Assembly: GCA_036785375.1 (NCBI GenBank)
Contig: JAWMAR010003146.1
Coordinates: 1-64,000 of the forward strand
DNA length: 64,000 bases
From: Leucoraja ocellata
Lineage: Eukaryota
Reading direction: 5' to 3'
The position numbers and the translations under genes were made by a program. The notes under the pieces were generated by a model. That model searched no databases, was not told where the DNA came from, and saw only the letters and a list, made by a program, of their open reading frames with translations. Shown one piece after another: positions 44,581-59,500 of the stretch; the stretch's first letter is position 1; every line of letters begins with the position of its first letter.

Positions 44581-47500
44581 GTAATGGAGGCCGGGAGACA
44601 GCGCGTTCAACCCCCTTCCCCTCACACTCTTCCCTCTTTCCCCCTTCTCCTGCCCCTCCCCCCTTTATCCCCCTCTCACACCCCTTCCCCTCTCCCCCTC
44701 CCCCCTTCTCCCCCCGCCTCTCCCCTCCTCTTCCCATCCTCTCCCCCTTCCCCTCTCCCTCTCCCCCTCCACTCTCCTCTTCTTCTCCCCCCTTCCCATC
44801 CTCTCCCCCCTTTCCATCCTCTCCCCCCTTCTCCTCCCCTCCTCTCCCCCCCCCTTCCACTCCTCTCCCCCCCCCCCTCCCCTCCTCTCCCCCCCTTCCC
44901 CTCCTCTCCCCTTCCTCTCCCTCCTTCCCCTCCTCTCCCCTTCCTCTCCTCCCTTCCCATCCTCTCCCACTTCCCATCCTCTCCCACTTCCCATCTTCCC
45001 CCCCTTCCCCTCTTCCCCCCCCTTCCCCTCATCCCCTCCTCCCCTTCCTCTATTCTCTCCCAGGGGTAACAGTCACCCTCACCCCCACTGCCCCTTCTCC
45101 CCAGGGTAACAAGTCTCCCCCCCCCTTCCCTGGGGTAAGTCACCCTCACCCCACTGTCCCCACTCTCCCCAGGGTAATAGTTATCCTCACCCCCCACCCT
45201 CCTTCTCCCTGTGGTTATAGTTACCCCCTCTCCCTGGGGTAACTGTGGCCCTCACCCCCCCCACTGCCCAGCCTTTGAAACATACCTGGTTGTTTTATTT
45301 TGCAGAACTGGCTAACTTTGAGAGGAATGTGAATCGGGCGATGCACAAGTACAATGCTTACAGGTAATCCTCACTATCAGCAGCATTGACGTCCGTAAGA
45401 TCCCAGCTAACAGTTGCATTTCTTCCCAGGGTTCCTGACCTAATCAACAATCACTGTGGTGGATGAGCTCAGTGGGTCAGGCAGCATCTGTGGAGGGAAT
45501 GGACAGGTGATATTTTGGGTCGGGACCCTCCTTCATACGGATGGAGTTGGGGGGGAAGTAAGCTGGTAAAGAGAGGTAGAGCTGGAACAAATGATCGGTG
45601 TATACAGTTCAGATGACTTAGGTCAGTGGCTCCTGCTTAATATTGGTCCCCTCAGTAAACCCAGTTCATCACCCCTATCAGGTGGTGCTTCCAATTGGAT
45701 CCAGAATGATGTTCTGGACAAGCAAATGAGTTACTCTAGCAATGGTTCCTAATATAAACCACATGATCAGTATACTTCAAACTTTAATTTCACATTTTAA
45801 TTGGTTTAGTTTATTTAGTTTTGAGATACAGTGCGGAAACAGGCCCTTCAGCCCACCGAGTCTGCATCAACTAACGATCCCCCGCACATTAGCACTATCC
45901 TACACACACTAGGGACAATTTACACATATACCAAAGTCAATAACCTACAAACTTGCATGTCTTTGGAGTGTGGGAGGAAACCAAAGATCTCATAGGGACC
46001 CACACAGTCATGGGGAGAATGCACAAACTCCATAGAGACAGCACCTGTAGTCGGGATCGAACCCGGGTCTCCGGCCCTGCAAGCGTTTAAGGCAGCAACT
46101 CTACCGCTGCGCCACCGTGCCGCAGTTGTCCCGTGGTTGCCGGGTTATAAATAGAAATATACTTTCAATCTGAGTTTGTCATCTGTAAATTAGATTCTTA
46201 ATTTGCAGTATACCTGCTTTCTATGCGAGGCTCACATGGAAAGGGAAAATGCGTGTAATACAATTTTACAAAATTATTACTGTATCGAGGCTTTCTATTC
46301 TGCAGAATGATTACCAAAAACAAAGTAGATATTTGGAATGCAAGTTTGTACTTTTTGTTATCTTCTGACAGGAAAGCAGCGTCGGTTATCGCAAAATATC
46401 CAACAATAATCAAGAGTGGTGCAGAAGCTAAAAAACTGGTGAGCATTTCAATACTAAAAAAACATTTTTGTAACATTTCAAAATGTTGTAAACTTTAGTT
46501 ATTATTTCCAATATTTGCATCATTTAAAACATCTTAAATGAGTTAAAATGACAAGGTATCCGAGTGGTGTTTTGTGAGATAGAATGCATTAATTTATATT
46601 TGCAATACGTTTCAGGAAGGAGTTGGTGACAGGATTGCTAAGAAGATTGACGAGTTTCTAGCAACAGGAAAGTTGCAAAAGCTGGAAAAGGTACAGCATG
46701 GATTATTTATTCAATTAATCCTTTCAAGTGTTAATCACCTGTTTAGATTTATTCCAGATTAATGGTACGGGATGATCGAACAATCATCCAAAGTAAGAAA
46801 TCTATCAGGCGTGAAAAGAAAGCCATGTATGTTTTGCAAAGAAGATCTTCAGTACACTTTGGTGGATACAAAAAAGACACATAGTGCTGGAGTAACTCAG
46901 CGGGACAGGCAACAGCTCTGCAGAGAAGGAATGGGTGACGTTTCAGGTCGAGACCCGAAACGTCACCCATTCCTTCTTTCCAGAGTTGTTGCCTGCCCCG
47001 CTGAGTTACCAAAATATTTTGTGTCTATCTTTGGTTTTAACCAGCATATGCAGTTCCTTCCTATACAAAAAAGCACTGTACATTTTGAAAAGATGGTAGT
47101 CCACACAACCCCAACCCCATATGTTTACCAGCGGGGTTGGTATACTTACTGTTGTGAAATCTTGCTCTAACTAAAATTGATTTCCACATTTTCTATAAAT
47201 GTAGAACTTCAATTTTTTTTTTAAATGGTTTAAAAATTAAGATGGGACTTGACCCAAAACGTCGCCCGTTCCTTCTCTCCAGAGATGCTGTCTCACCCGT
47301 TGAGTTACTCTAGCGTTTTGTGTCTACCTTCATTGGTGTAAATGGTGTAAAAAGAAATTCCACATCACATCGAGTAACTGGGAGCACATTGCACTGGACA
47401 GGCTCTCCTGGAGGAAATCCGTGCAGGAAGGAGCTGCACGTCACAAAATGGAACTACGCTGTGTCGCAGAGACAAAGCGACAGCACCGTGAGAGAGATAG

Positions 47501-50500
47501 AGAGAGAAGGGGGCTCGACGACTACCAACCACCGCCAGTCTCCACTGCCCACGTTGCACCAAGGTGTGTGGATCGCGGATCAGCCTCTACAGACATCTGC
47601 AGACCCACAAGTATAAAACCCTATGGAGAGGAGAGGACAGTCGTACTCGTTTCCAGTGACTGCGATGATGATGGAGTTTAGAATTTTCATATGTTGATGA
47701 TTACATTGAAATTTTGCTTTCTTTTCTCACAGATTCGTCAAGATGATACCAGTTCATCTATTAACTTTTTAACAAGAGTAACCGGAATAGGGTAAGTTCT
47801 GACGGTAATAACATTTATCACAGTGGAACCTCATTATATGGCAAAATGGAGGGGATTCCATCTATCCCAATAATGTTTGTTGCTAATGCCAGTATAGTTT
47901 AGTTTCTTATTGTCACATGTACTGAGGTACAGTGAAAAGCTTTTGTTGTGTGCTAACAACATTCAATAGAAAGACAATATGGATATCAATGGATTTAGTG
48001 CTTTGAGAGTTACAGCAATGACAGTAAGAAAGATCTGCAGATGCCGGGTATAAATCGAAGGTAGACACAAAATCCTGGAGTAACTCAGCGGGTGAGGCAG
48101 CATCTCTGGAGAGAAGGAATCTGCGATGGTTTGAGGACGTTTACCAGGATGTAGTTTAAGAGATTGGAGACCTCTGAGGTTTTCAGCTCAGAATAAGGAA
48201 AAAATATGTTTAACTGATGGCATAAGGGTTAAGATATGCCACGTTAAGTGAGTTGGTGTCCTGATCAATTTAAAATAATGGGCAAAAGAAAGATAACGGT
48301 TATATAAAAGAAAGATAAGAGGTGAAATATTTTGGAAGGTATTTAAACGGGATTGAACCCAGTCACGTACTAATGCATGTTGCTACTTTGCAGACCTGCC
48401 GCAGCGAGAAAGTTTGTGGAGGAGGGAATCAAGACTTTGGATGGTACGGTATTTGAGCCCACATTTTTTTAAACTACAACAACACCAGGCTGTAAAGTTA
48501 CAACCTTAACTAAAAAAAATTATTGCCCATAAATAAAATTACATATGAAAATGTTCCTTTAATACTTTACTATGTATGTGCAATCTATTTCCTGAAAATG
48601 CAAATTATTTATTTCACTTCAGCGGTTTGTTAATGATTGGTCATTCATAATGAAAAGCAAAAAATCAGCAGTTAAGAAAAAAAAATCAGAAAATGCTGGA
48701 GATACACAGCAGGCCATGCAACTAGTTTAGTTTAGAAATGCAGCCGTTTGGAAGACCGATTCCATGCCGACCTGCAATCACTCCTATGCTAATTCCATCC
48801 TACACATTTGAATGTGGCAGGAAACCAGAGCACCCGGAGGAAACCCACGTGGTCACAGGGAGAACGTACAAACTCCAGTAGTCAGCATCGAACACGGGTC
48901 TCTGATGCTCTGCAGGGCCCTCCATTTTGAGCATTTACAATTGGGGATGAGTAAGAGGTTACATCTAGAGAACTATGGGGCTGGAGTTGAATATAGGGAT
49001 GGGAAGGAAAAGTGTTAAGTGCACAGCTCAAACCCATTTACATGGCCACTGTGATGATCATCTTTAAATGTACCGCTCTTTGAGAGAGGAACAGTTAGCC
49101 CTCTGGAACGGGAAACCAATTTGATCTAAGTCTTGGCAGTAATTTTTTCCTGTCATTTGAAGTCTAAATGGCTATTAATGATTTGAAATATAATTTCTCT
49201 GATCTACAGATCTGAGAGAGAATGAACACATACTGAATTATCATCAGCGGATTGGCTTGAAGTAAGTGTTTTTGTAGTGGAGCCATTTTGTTATAAATGA
49301 AATGTGATACAGCACGGGATCAAGTATTAATGGTGAAAGATTTGGTGCAGTGAGCAACTTTGCTTGCTGCACATTGTTTGTTGTGGTGCCTACAATCATA
49401 GTGTTTTACACAGGCTCTTCAGCCCAACTTGCCCACAATGACCAACATGGGCAACATGAGCCTGAAGACTAACGTCCAGGTTCAGGAACAGCTTCTTCCC
49501 CACAGCGTTCAGGCTATAAAACACAACAAATAAGCTATGAGCTCTGAACTGCAAAAGACTATATTATTATTTGTTTTGCACTATATTTGTTATTTATTGA
49601 ACTTTTTTATTTCTCTCGCGTTATATATAATGTTTATATTTTCACATATTCTGTTGTGCTACAGCAAGTAAGAATTTCATTGTCCCGTCTGGGACATATG
49701 ATAATAAAACACTCTTGACTCTTGACAAGCCCCATCAACACTCGTCCCACCTGCCTGTGTTTGGCCCACATCCTTCTAAACCAGACCTATTCACGTACCT
49801 GTCCAAACATTGTCTTCTAAACATTGTGGTAATACCTGCCTCAATTACCTCCTCTGGCAGCTCGTTCCATACACCCACCACACTTTGCGTTTTAAAAAAA
49901 AAAAAAAAAAAAGTTGCCTCTCGGGTTCCTATTAAATCTTTTCCCTCTGCGAGTTTGTGAGTTTGCCAGAATAGCAGAGAGAGCAAAAGTGAGAGTCTGA
50001 AAGAGGGCAGCACTCTCTGTCTTAAATTATTGTTAATCACTAAAACCTTTGCAGTCCTCTTTGGACCCAGACATTCTCTGCAAGAGTGTAAATGTCTTAT
50101 CTATTGGTCATTTTCAGGAAAATTACTTTGAAGGGACAGTAATATTGGCAAAGAGCTTGCGGTCAAAATTATTTTATACAACACAAAATGGGCGGAATAC
50201 GATTTTTAGAGAATTGACAGGCAGGTGTACGTTCCATTTAAATCTGAAAGGCGAAGTATATCTTTGTAATCAGAGCCTTGCAGCCATTAATTAAAGTTTG
50301 ACTGTACCCATTGTAATTTCAAGTTGGAGGAAGTAGTTTTAAGGGAATTCACGATTCAGCCAGCTATTTTGTTTTACTCCTTGGTTAAGAAAGCTAGTTT
50401 GCACCTGCTATATCTTCCTGTTGTGCTTTAAAGGATATGGAGACTAATCTGAAATTATCCACAATGATTGAACATTAATTTTCCCAATAGATTAACCTTC

Positions 50501-53500
50501 AAGACTTCAAAATGTTTTACGTTAAGGACACATCCTTTGCGTTTAATTTGTTTGCTGATTTGGTACACAGGCTAAAATTGTTGGGGAAAAATTTAATCAT
50601 TTAATTTCATTTTTTTAGATAGTTTTTCTTAAATGTGAGCAATTGTGTAGTGCAGGTATTTGCTCGATGTGCTAAAGCCCTCTGGTGGCAAATAAAAGGG
50701 ATAACTAAACAACTTCTAGTTTTGGACAATAAGATCATGTGATAGGTGGAGAATTAGGCCATTCGGCCCATCAAGTCTACTCTGCCATTCAATCATGGCT
50801 GATCTATCTCTCCCTCCTAACCCCATTCTCCTGCCTTCTCCCCTAGCCTTTGACAATAACTTAGTCACACTGTGCTACATGTAATAATCGCAGAAATATT
50901 TATCTTGTAATGGGTTTCAAAACGGAGTCTGAGCAGTAACACAATGTTTAATGTGGATCACACAATTATAGTTTGGATCTGAAACTTGAGTTTCTACCTT
51001 GTGCTTCATGTTAGTTAGTATATTATATGCGGTGCAGGAGGATTGGCGAGATATGAAGGTAGTCCCTTGCTATAGTGGCAAAGTAGTTGTTATTTTTCAT
51101 TGATGCTAAACCTGAACCATTTAAAAGTAAGGGGCGACCTGAATTAAGTCATGCAGGATAACAGAGAGAACTTTTAACTGAACATTTAACCTACAGGGGT
51201 GACCTATAATAGGCCAGTTCAGGTGGAGTTACTTTCCAATTACTAAATGCTGATAGTTATTTTATTGATTTCTGTAGGTATTTTGAGGACTTTGAAAAGC
51301 GAATTCCTCGGACAGAAATGGTGAAAATGCAGGTAAGGCAAAGAGACCTCAAACTGGGTAAGATATGTAGGAAAGAACTGCAGATCGAAGATAGACACAA
51401 AATGCTGGAGTAACTCAGCTGGACAGGCAGCGTCTCTGGAGAGAAGGAATGGGTGACGTTTCGGGTCTCGATTAGAGATACCGTGCGGAAACATGCCCTC
51501 CCCACCGATCAGCGATCCCCGCACACTAACACTATCCTACACACACTAGGGGCAATTTTTTACATATACTGCAAGCCAATTAACCTACAAGCCTGCACGT
51601 CTTTGGAGTGTGGGAGGAAACCGAAGATCTCGGAGAAAACCCACGCAGGTCACGGGGAGAATGTACAAACTCCGTACAGACAGCACCCGGGACTCTAGCG
51701 CTATAAGGCAGCAACTCTACCGCTGAACCACAGTGCCACCCTTAAACTTTGTAGTTACTTCATTGGTCTCAAGGCTTGGGAGGTTCTTTTAAAATGATGA
51801 GAGGGATAGACAGAGTCGATGTGGACAAGCTTTTCCCTTTGAGAATAGGGAAGATTCAAACAAGAGGACATGACTTCAGAATTAAGGGCCAGAAGTTTAG
51901 GGGTAATATGAGGGGGAACTTCTTTACGCAGAGAGTGGTGGCGGTGTGGAATGAGCTCCCAGTGGAAGTGGTGGAGGCAGGTTCATTGGTATCATTTAAA
52001 AAATAAATTGGATAGGCATATGGATGAGAAGGGAATGGAGGGTTATGGTACGAGTGCAGGTATATGGGACTAAGGGGAAAAAAATTTGTTCGGCATGGAC
52101 TTGTAGGGCCGAGATGGCCTGTTTCCGTGCTGTAATTGTTATATGGTTATATGGTTCTGACGTAATGGAAGGAATTGCACAAATGTGTTTTATTTCCCCT
52201 TTGACCTCTACTGCAATTTTTGTTTTAATCGAAAATTCTTGTTCTCTTTTGAAAACTTGTTGAAATTGGTTCTAAGAAGCCATCAGTCAAATTTTCCTGT
52301 CTTTAGTCCTCTGGTTTTTCACCATGAGCCATTAGAAACTATTTCATGCTACTTATTTAAAACTTTCATGATTTTCACACTTGCATCTAATCTCCAGTTA
52401 GTCTTTCCCTGCTACAAACTCTATGGATGATTTATAAATCACCGATGAATAGTTGGGAATAATGAATTCCTGTAATCATTTAGTAAATCTCCACTCTTTA
52501 GGAAAAACTCTTGTTGCCAAATTTCTTGTTTTATTTCAGTCCATATTAAAAACATGGCAGTCCATATTAAAAACATGAATTTCTGGCTGGAAGAAATGGA
52601 TCAACAACCAGAGGTTACACAAAAAAGCTGGAGAAACTCAGCGGGTGCAGCAGCATCTATGGAGTGAAGGAAATAGGCAACGTTTCGGGCCGAAACCCTT
52701 CTTCAGACTGGATCAACAACCAGATTGGTTAAGGATGGAAAAGGAAGACTGTTTACCTTTTGAAATTAGTCCGATTATATTTGCTCCCACAAAACTGCAC
52801 AAAAAAACCTATAAGGAAAACCCTATAATACAGAGTGGAATACAAATTTGGAAACAATTAAAAAAAGCTTTAAAATTGAATAATATACCACTATGCCTTC
52901 CCATTGTAACTAATCCTTTATTCAAGCCATCCATATTGGATAAAGGTTTCACACAAAGGAAAAACTGCCACACCATTCCTAAGTTTGGTCCTTAGCAATT
53001 ATCATTCCCTGAATATCTATGTGCCGATCCAGACCCCTATTAAATGCCACCATTGTATCCACCACAATTGGCAGCGTGTTCCTGGCACACACCACCTTCC
53101 TTCTGTGTAAGACTAAAACACTTGCCCCGCACATCTCCTTTAAACATTGCCTGCACATGATCCCTGCATATCCACTTAATTTTACCACAGTAGAGTTGAA
53201 GTAAATGAAAGATCTGCCACACAGTCACGAATGTCACTTCTGCTTTTACTTAGCATCGTGAATTTTTATTATTTTTGTCTCTTTTACTCTTTAGGCTATA
53301 GCTCTGCGGGAGGTGGAAAAATTAGATTCTAAATATGTCGCCACCGTTTGTGGCAGCTTCAGACGAGGTTGGTACATTCCGCTTTCTGCATTAGCAAAAA
53401 GAAAAATAGCAAATGGAATACTTGCTCTTTTGCCAAAACCAGGATACCATTTGATGATTTATCTGCTTTAAAAGTAGATAAATTAAAAAAAATTGGATCA

Positions 53501-56500
53501 AATTGCTAAGGATGTGTGCAAATTCACAGTGTGCTGAAGGGGACTGGATAAGCTCTCACTGGGGCTGACCGCGGGGCTTGAAAAAAACAGGAGAACTTAT
53601 CACTTGTGCTCTTGAGACTTATCCACTCCTCTTCAATGTCTCCATCTCTACCACATCTGCTCCCAAGATGAGGCTTTCCATCCAAGATGTCTTCTTTCGT
53701 TAGTAAACGTGGTTTCCCCTCCCCCGCTGACACAGATGGAACCTTGAACCATGTCTCCTCCGTGGCCAGTGTTTCTGCTTTTGCTCCCCCTCCCCCCAGG
53801 CGCAACTAGGACAGTTCCCCATGTCCTTATTTTTCACCCGACTTGCCTCCGCATCCAACACATCATTGTCTCTACTTAATAACATTTATAATACTTTCCT
53901 TTATAGTGATTGAGCTGATAGAGGATGTGCTGTTACAGTTTTATGACCACCAGTTATTCTTTATCTGTTTCTATTTCTATTTGTTTAATGACTACTAAAT
54001 GCAAAAAAAAATGTAGGGAGTATGGATCAAAAGCAATATTCCTCAGTGTTCTCTCTTGTTCTCAGGCGCTGAGTCCAGTGGTGATATGGATATTCTCTTG
54101 ACTCATCCGGACTATACCTCGGAATCTTTAAAAAGGGTACGTTGCTTTCTAGAGATGTCAGTTTACAATGTCATGTGTTAGTATTCAGCAGGTACATAAT
54201 CACCAAGTCATGTCATATGGGTTTCATTTGTACAAGAAGGTGATTCATCATCACAGGTGCATTTGGCAAATAATGGACAACACTTGTTGGCCTTGGATGT
54301 GAATGAATAATGAAAAGCTATACCTGTTTCTGCTGGCCTGCAGTGTAGTCTATTATAATAATCCCTGAATACATTTAAATGGTTTCATTGACCTCTCCCC
54401 ATTTTGTTTATTAAAACACAGAGTGCCGGAGGAACTCTGCAGGTCAGGCAGCATCCGTGGGAGAGTGGACACTGCCTGATCTGTTGACTTCCTCTGGTGT
54501 TTTGCTGGAGCTTCCAGCCTGCAGTTTCCCATTCTACCTACCCTGGGACAAGGTGTGTGCTTCCTATACTTACTCATGGCCATAGCATTGTTCAACAGCA
54601 GAGGGCACTGTACTTCTTCCCTAGGATGCAGATAGACTGAAGGAATTAGATGCCAGTGCTGAACTCAAATAGCTTTAAACATTTTTTAATTGCTGAAAAC
54701 CGTGTCTTTGCAAGAGGATGCTCACGTTGCAGTATTAAACTACAGAATCAAGACTGAATGCTTTAATATAGGAAATAAATCCTGCAGACATGGCTATGAT
54801 TAAGGTTACCTTTGGTCACCTTTTGAAGGAATTTGTGAAAAGTTCAGTTTAGTTTATTGTCACACATACCGAGGGACAGTGAGCCTGCCATACCAATTTG
54901 ATGGGAGTTGAGGGAGAGTAATTAGGTCAAACTTTGCAATGCAAGAATAATTTCAAAGCTACTTTCATATGACATCTTTAGGCCATTCTCAATATTGAAT
55001 GTGGACAAAAATGCTGGAGAAACTCAGCGGGTGCAGCAGCATCTATGGAGCGAAGGAAATTTTTTTCCTTCACTCCATAGATGTTGCCGCACCCGCTGAG
55101 TTTCTCCAGCATTTTTGTCTACCTTCGATTTTCCAGCATCTGCAGTTCCTTCTTAAATTATATTGAATGGATTGTTCTGATTCCATTTTCAGGTTTCTTG
55201 CATAAATAACTATCACCTGGATGGTGTCTAGTTTATTTTTTAATTGTCACGTGTACCGAGGCAAGGCTTTTTTGTTGCTTGCTGTCCAGTCAGCGAAAAG
55301 ACTATATGTGGTTACAATCAAGTCATCCACAGGTCTGCTCGATGATGAGCCAACACCTTTTTGAGATTCATTTTGAAGATACAAAATAAAGGATTTCCCA
55401 AGGAGTAGAACATTAGCAGAAAAAGAGTGGGAAAATTGGCTGGGAAAGAAATCTGACAAAAATGCTAAGCGACTTAAAAGTTCCCCTTTAAACCATTTAG
55501 ACGGTTTCATGTTAACATCATGTAGCAATGTTACAAAATTTTGAGATTTAAAAAATCAAGTCTGTAATTTATCCCATCAGATAAAGTAAAAAAAGAAGTT
55601 TAATTTGACACCTAATTCACTTTCATATCTCAAGTATTTAAAAAGTTATGGCCATTTTCATACTCGGAAATTAGCATCTTGTTCCCTATTGATTTTCTAT
55701 GGACATAACAAAAAAGCTGTGATCGTGTGCTGTCAAAAGGCCATAACCTTCTTAAAAATTAAGAGAACTGAATGAAATTTTCAGTTATCGTAGATTGAAC
55801 CATTCTGAAACAAATATAAAATAATCTTACTTGGATGACCTGAAATTAAAATATATAATTAGTTAGTTACCCAAGTGTAGCTAATTTCAACCTTCAATTA
55901 CTAGATCTAAACGTCTATTCATTTCTTAATAAATGATTAACATTTTTAAATAGCTCGTGTCCAAATAATATTCATAAATAATTCTCAATAAAACATGATT
56001 TTGAAATCTCATTTACATTAATTTATAGGCCAAATGGAAGGAATTTAGTGTTCAATTGCTGTAAATTAAAGTCCATTTTAAATCGGCTTTCTAGTGGGTT
56101 CCTGTGAACGCGCTGGTTTAGAACGTTCACATTGCAGTAGAATTGTGCCTTCAAATGCCCAGAAAAATACTGCGGGATATAAAGAGCCCAAAATTAGCTA
56201 CTCGCAATAGTAACTTTGTATAAAGGGTTCTAAAGAAGCCCTTTTTAATGTAAAAATAAGGTACATACCTTTAATTGTTTGCTTTATAAAACCCTGGGGC
56301 TGCGAGAGGTCACGGGTTTAGAGAGTGATTTTTAAACTACTATAACTATTATACAAGGCCATAAAAACTAATATTACCTTTCGCGACGGGGTCTTTCAGC
56401 GATTTTTCGTTAATGATTTACTAGGCTGAACATTTTCGATTGCAACAGCCTAGTAAAAATCGCGTTTTAAACCCGCCCCCTCTAAACAGCGCCAAAATCG

Positions 56501-59500
56501 CGCACACGGGCTGGGGCAGATTCTCAATGACGATTCAGGTAGGTTTTGCAACATACCTACATCATGCCGTGCAACTTTACCACATTTGGAAATTAATTTG
56601 TTTACAATCGTTGAGGCTACATGTGCATTTAATTTTAATCCCACTTCACTAGCCATGGTAAGGAACCAATTCCCATTTGACTTTTCACCTCATTAAACCA
56701 TAGTGTCACCATTATAGTATGTCATTTGATAAATGGGATTCTAGTTTGATCACTGACATTACTAATTCACTCCTGGCACCACGAGTGGACACCGCAAGGA
56801 AACTAAATCCAGCATTGCCAGGCTACTTACTAGAATGCCAGAAGAAGATTGGAGCAAAGTGGTTTGGACAAATGGGAATGGTGCATAGTTGGTGAAACTA
56901 ACTGAGAAGTTGAAAATATTGCGATGGGCATTAATGACAGACCTAATGGTTGAATTTGATCAAACTGCCCCTTCACTGAATTTTAGCACCATGGAATTCA
57001 TAGGAGTTTAGTTTATTGTCACGTGTGCTGAGGTTCAGTGAAAAGCTTTTGTTGTGTGCTATCCAGTCAGCAGAAAGACAATACACGATTACAATCGATC
57101 CATTCACAATGTATAGACCCATGATAAGGAATAACGTTTAGTGCAAGGTAAAGCCAGCAAAGTCCGATCAAGGATAGTCTGAGGGTCGCCAGTGAGGTAG
57201 ATAGTAGTTCAGGACTGCTCGCTTGTTGTGATAGGATGATTCAGTTGCCTGATAACAGCTGGGAGAAGTGCTGCCCATTAGAAGTGATATTTTGACCTGC
57301 CATTTAATGATCTCAGCAAACCTCTGTGTGAAGGCCTTTTACTGGTGGATTTCTGCCTGACAGAACATTGTAGACACTGATAGTAGGAATGGGTGACTGA
57401 AGAAGGGTCTCGACCCGAAATGTCAGCCATCCCTTCTATCCAGAGATGCTGCCTGGCCCTTTCTATAGGTGAGAAATAAAAATGAAACTGTGATTGACTA
57501 CAAGATGTCAACTGTCAGTTTGTAAATTGTGAGAGGAAGGGAGGGCTGAAGGAAGGGTTGAGCTCCGAGAAATCCTAGATCGAGGTTGGCAATGATGTGA
57601 TGAGTTTTGATTTCAACAAAGTGGCCATGAGTCACAGAGTTGTGTGGAAGCAGACCCTTTCAGCCATTGAGAAGGAAGAGCTATTAGTTATCAGGGTGAT
57701 ATATTGCCTGGCGTGGATGAGATCTCTCCTCAGTTGCCATGGCAAACAAGGGAGCCCTTACAAAGATTTTTGCTGGATTGGTGTGGATGAGAAAAATGTT
57801 GGCATGGACTCGATGGGCCAAAGGGCTAGTATATGAGCTGTGCAATTCCATGACTGTATACTGAATCACAAACTCAGCTGTTTGAGAAGTCAGGAACTCA
57901 ATAGTTCAGACAGCAGTTGCAGAGGGAATGGGCAGACAACATGAAGTGCTGGAGGACCTCAGCATGTCAGGCAGCAACTGTGCACGCTTCATCACTCCCT
58001 CCCTAGATGCTGACTGTCCCTCTGTGATCCTCCAGTACTTGGTTTATTTGCTCAAGATTCAGGCATCTGCAGTTTTTTGTGTCTCTTTATTTCTGAATAT
58101 GCAATGAGTTGTCTTTTAATATAAAATAATCAATAAATGCAGCAAAATATCTCTCCTGAATAGCAAGTTTAGCCTGATCTTTGCCAATTTCTATTGACTT
58201 ATCCATTCACATGCTGTTCTTTCATTTGTATTTTATTTATTTGGGCTGTGACCACAGGATTTATGTTGTTCCCTTTCAAATATACTTTCCCCACAACAAA
58301 ACTGCTGCTAATTAAGCAAGTGAGAAAATAAATAGAATTCTCACATCTTGATGAGATTATGTTAACCTATATATAGAAATGCAATATTATACTCTCATGC
58401 TTTCCAGAACAGAAAAAAATAGAAAATATTCACCAGTTCTAGCCATTTATGTCACAGTTGAAATAGAATAACAGACTTAACATTTAGTCAGTGATAGCCA
58501 TTTGGCACAAAGGATAATTCCCGTATGTGCCATGTGTGCCTAATACTGTGACCCAGCATTTTAATTGAATGTCATTTGGGATCAGAGGAGATTTGCAAGG
58601 CTAACAAATGCAGTGATCATAAGGCGTTTAGTATTTAGATATCTTTACAGCCTAGGATTTACAGTATTAAATTCATTGTCGCTTTCCATCCCTTAGCATA
58701 GAGGATAAATTCCAGACACTGGAAAATAATGTATGAATGGAGAGAGAGGAAGCAAGCATTCTCTTTATGGTTTACTATAATATAGTCATACAGCACGGAA
58801 ACGGGCCCTCCCTTCAGCCCGACACGCGTCTACACTCGTCCCACCTGCCCATATCTCTCTGATCCTTTCCTAACCATGTACCTGTCCAACTGCCTTTTAA
58901 ATGTTGTTTATAGCACTTTTATCAACTACCTCCCCTGGCAGCTCGTTCCACTTACCCACCACCCTCTGTGTGAAAAGTCACCCCTTGGGTTCCTATTAAA
59001 TCTTCACCCTCTCACCTTAAACCTATGTCCTCAAGTTCTTGATTTCCCCTTGTCTCATTAAAGCACTCACCCTATCTAGTCCCCTCGTCTTATACACCTC
59101 TATAAGATCACCCCTCGTCCTCCTGCGCTCCATGGAATAAAGTCCTAGCCTGCCCAACCTCTCCCTGTAGCTCAGTCCCTCGAGTCTTGGCATCATCCTT
59201 GAAAATCTTCACTGCACTCTTTCCAGCTTAAGGGCATCCACCGTCCGATATAATTAAGTAAAAACATCAAAAAGATCGATTTGTATTAGCACCAACAGAT
59301 AGTGCTCTCAGGGTTATTTCACTAGCCTTTCTGTGGAATAGAAATATTTGGACAGCATGGTGGCACAGTGGTAGAGTTTTATATATTCTATGTTTTGTGT
59401 TATTCTGTAGATTGGCAAACCTCTTAGAAATGTAGAAGGTGGTTTATGGTATGAACTGCAGTTTGTTGAATTAGCCTTAGAGCTCTCACTGCCAGTAAAG

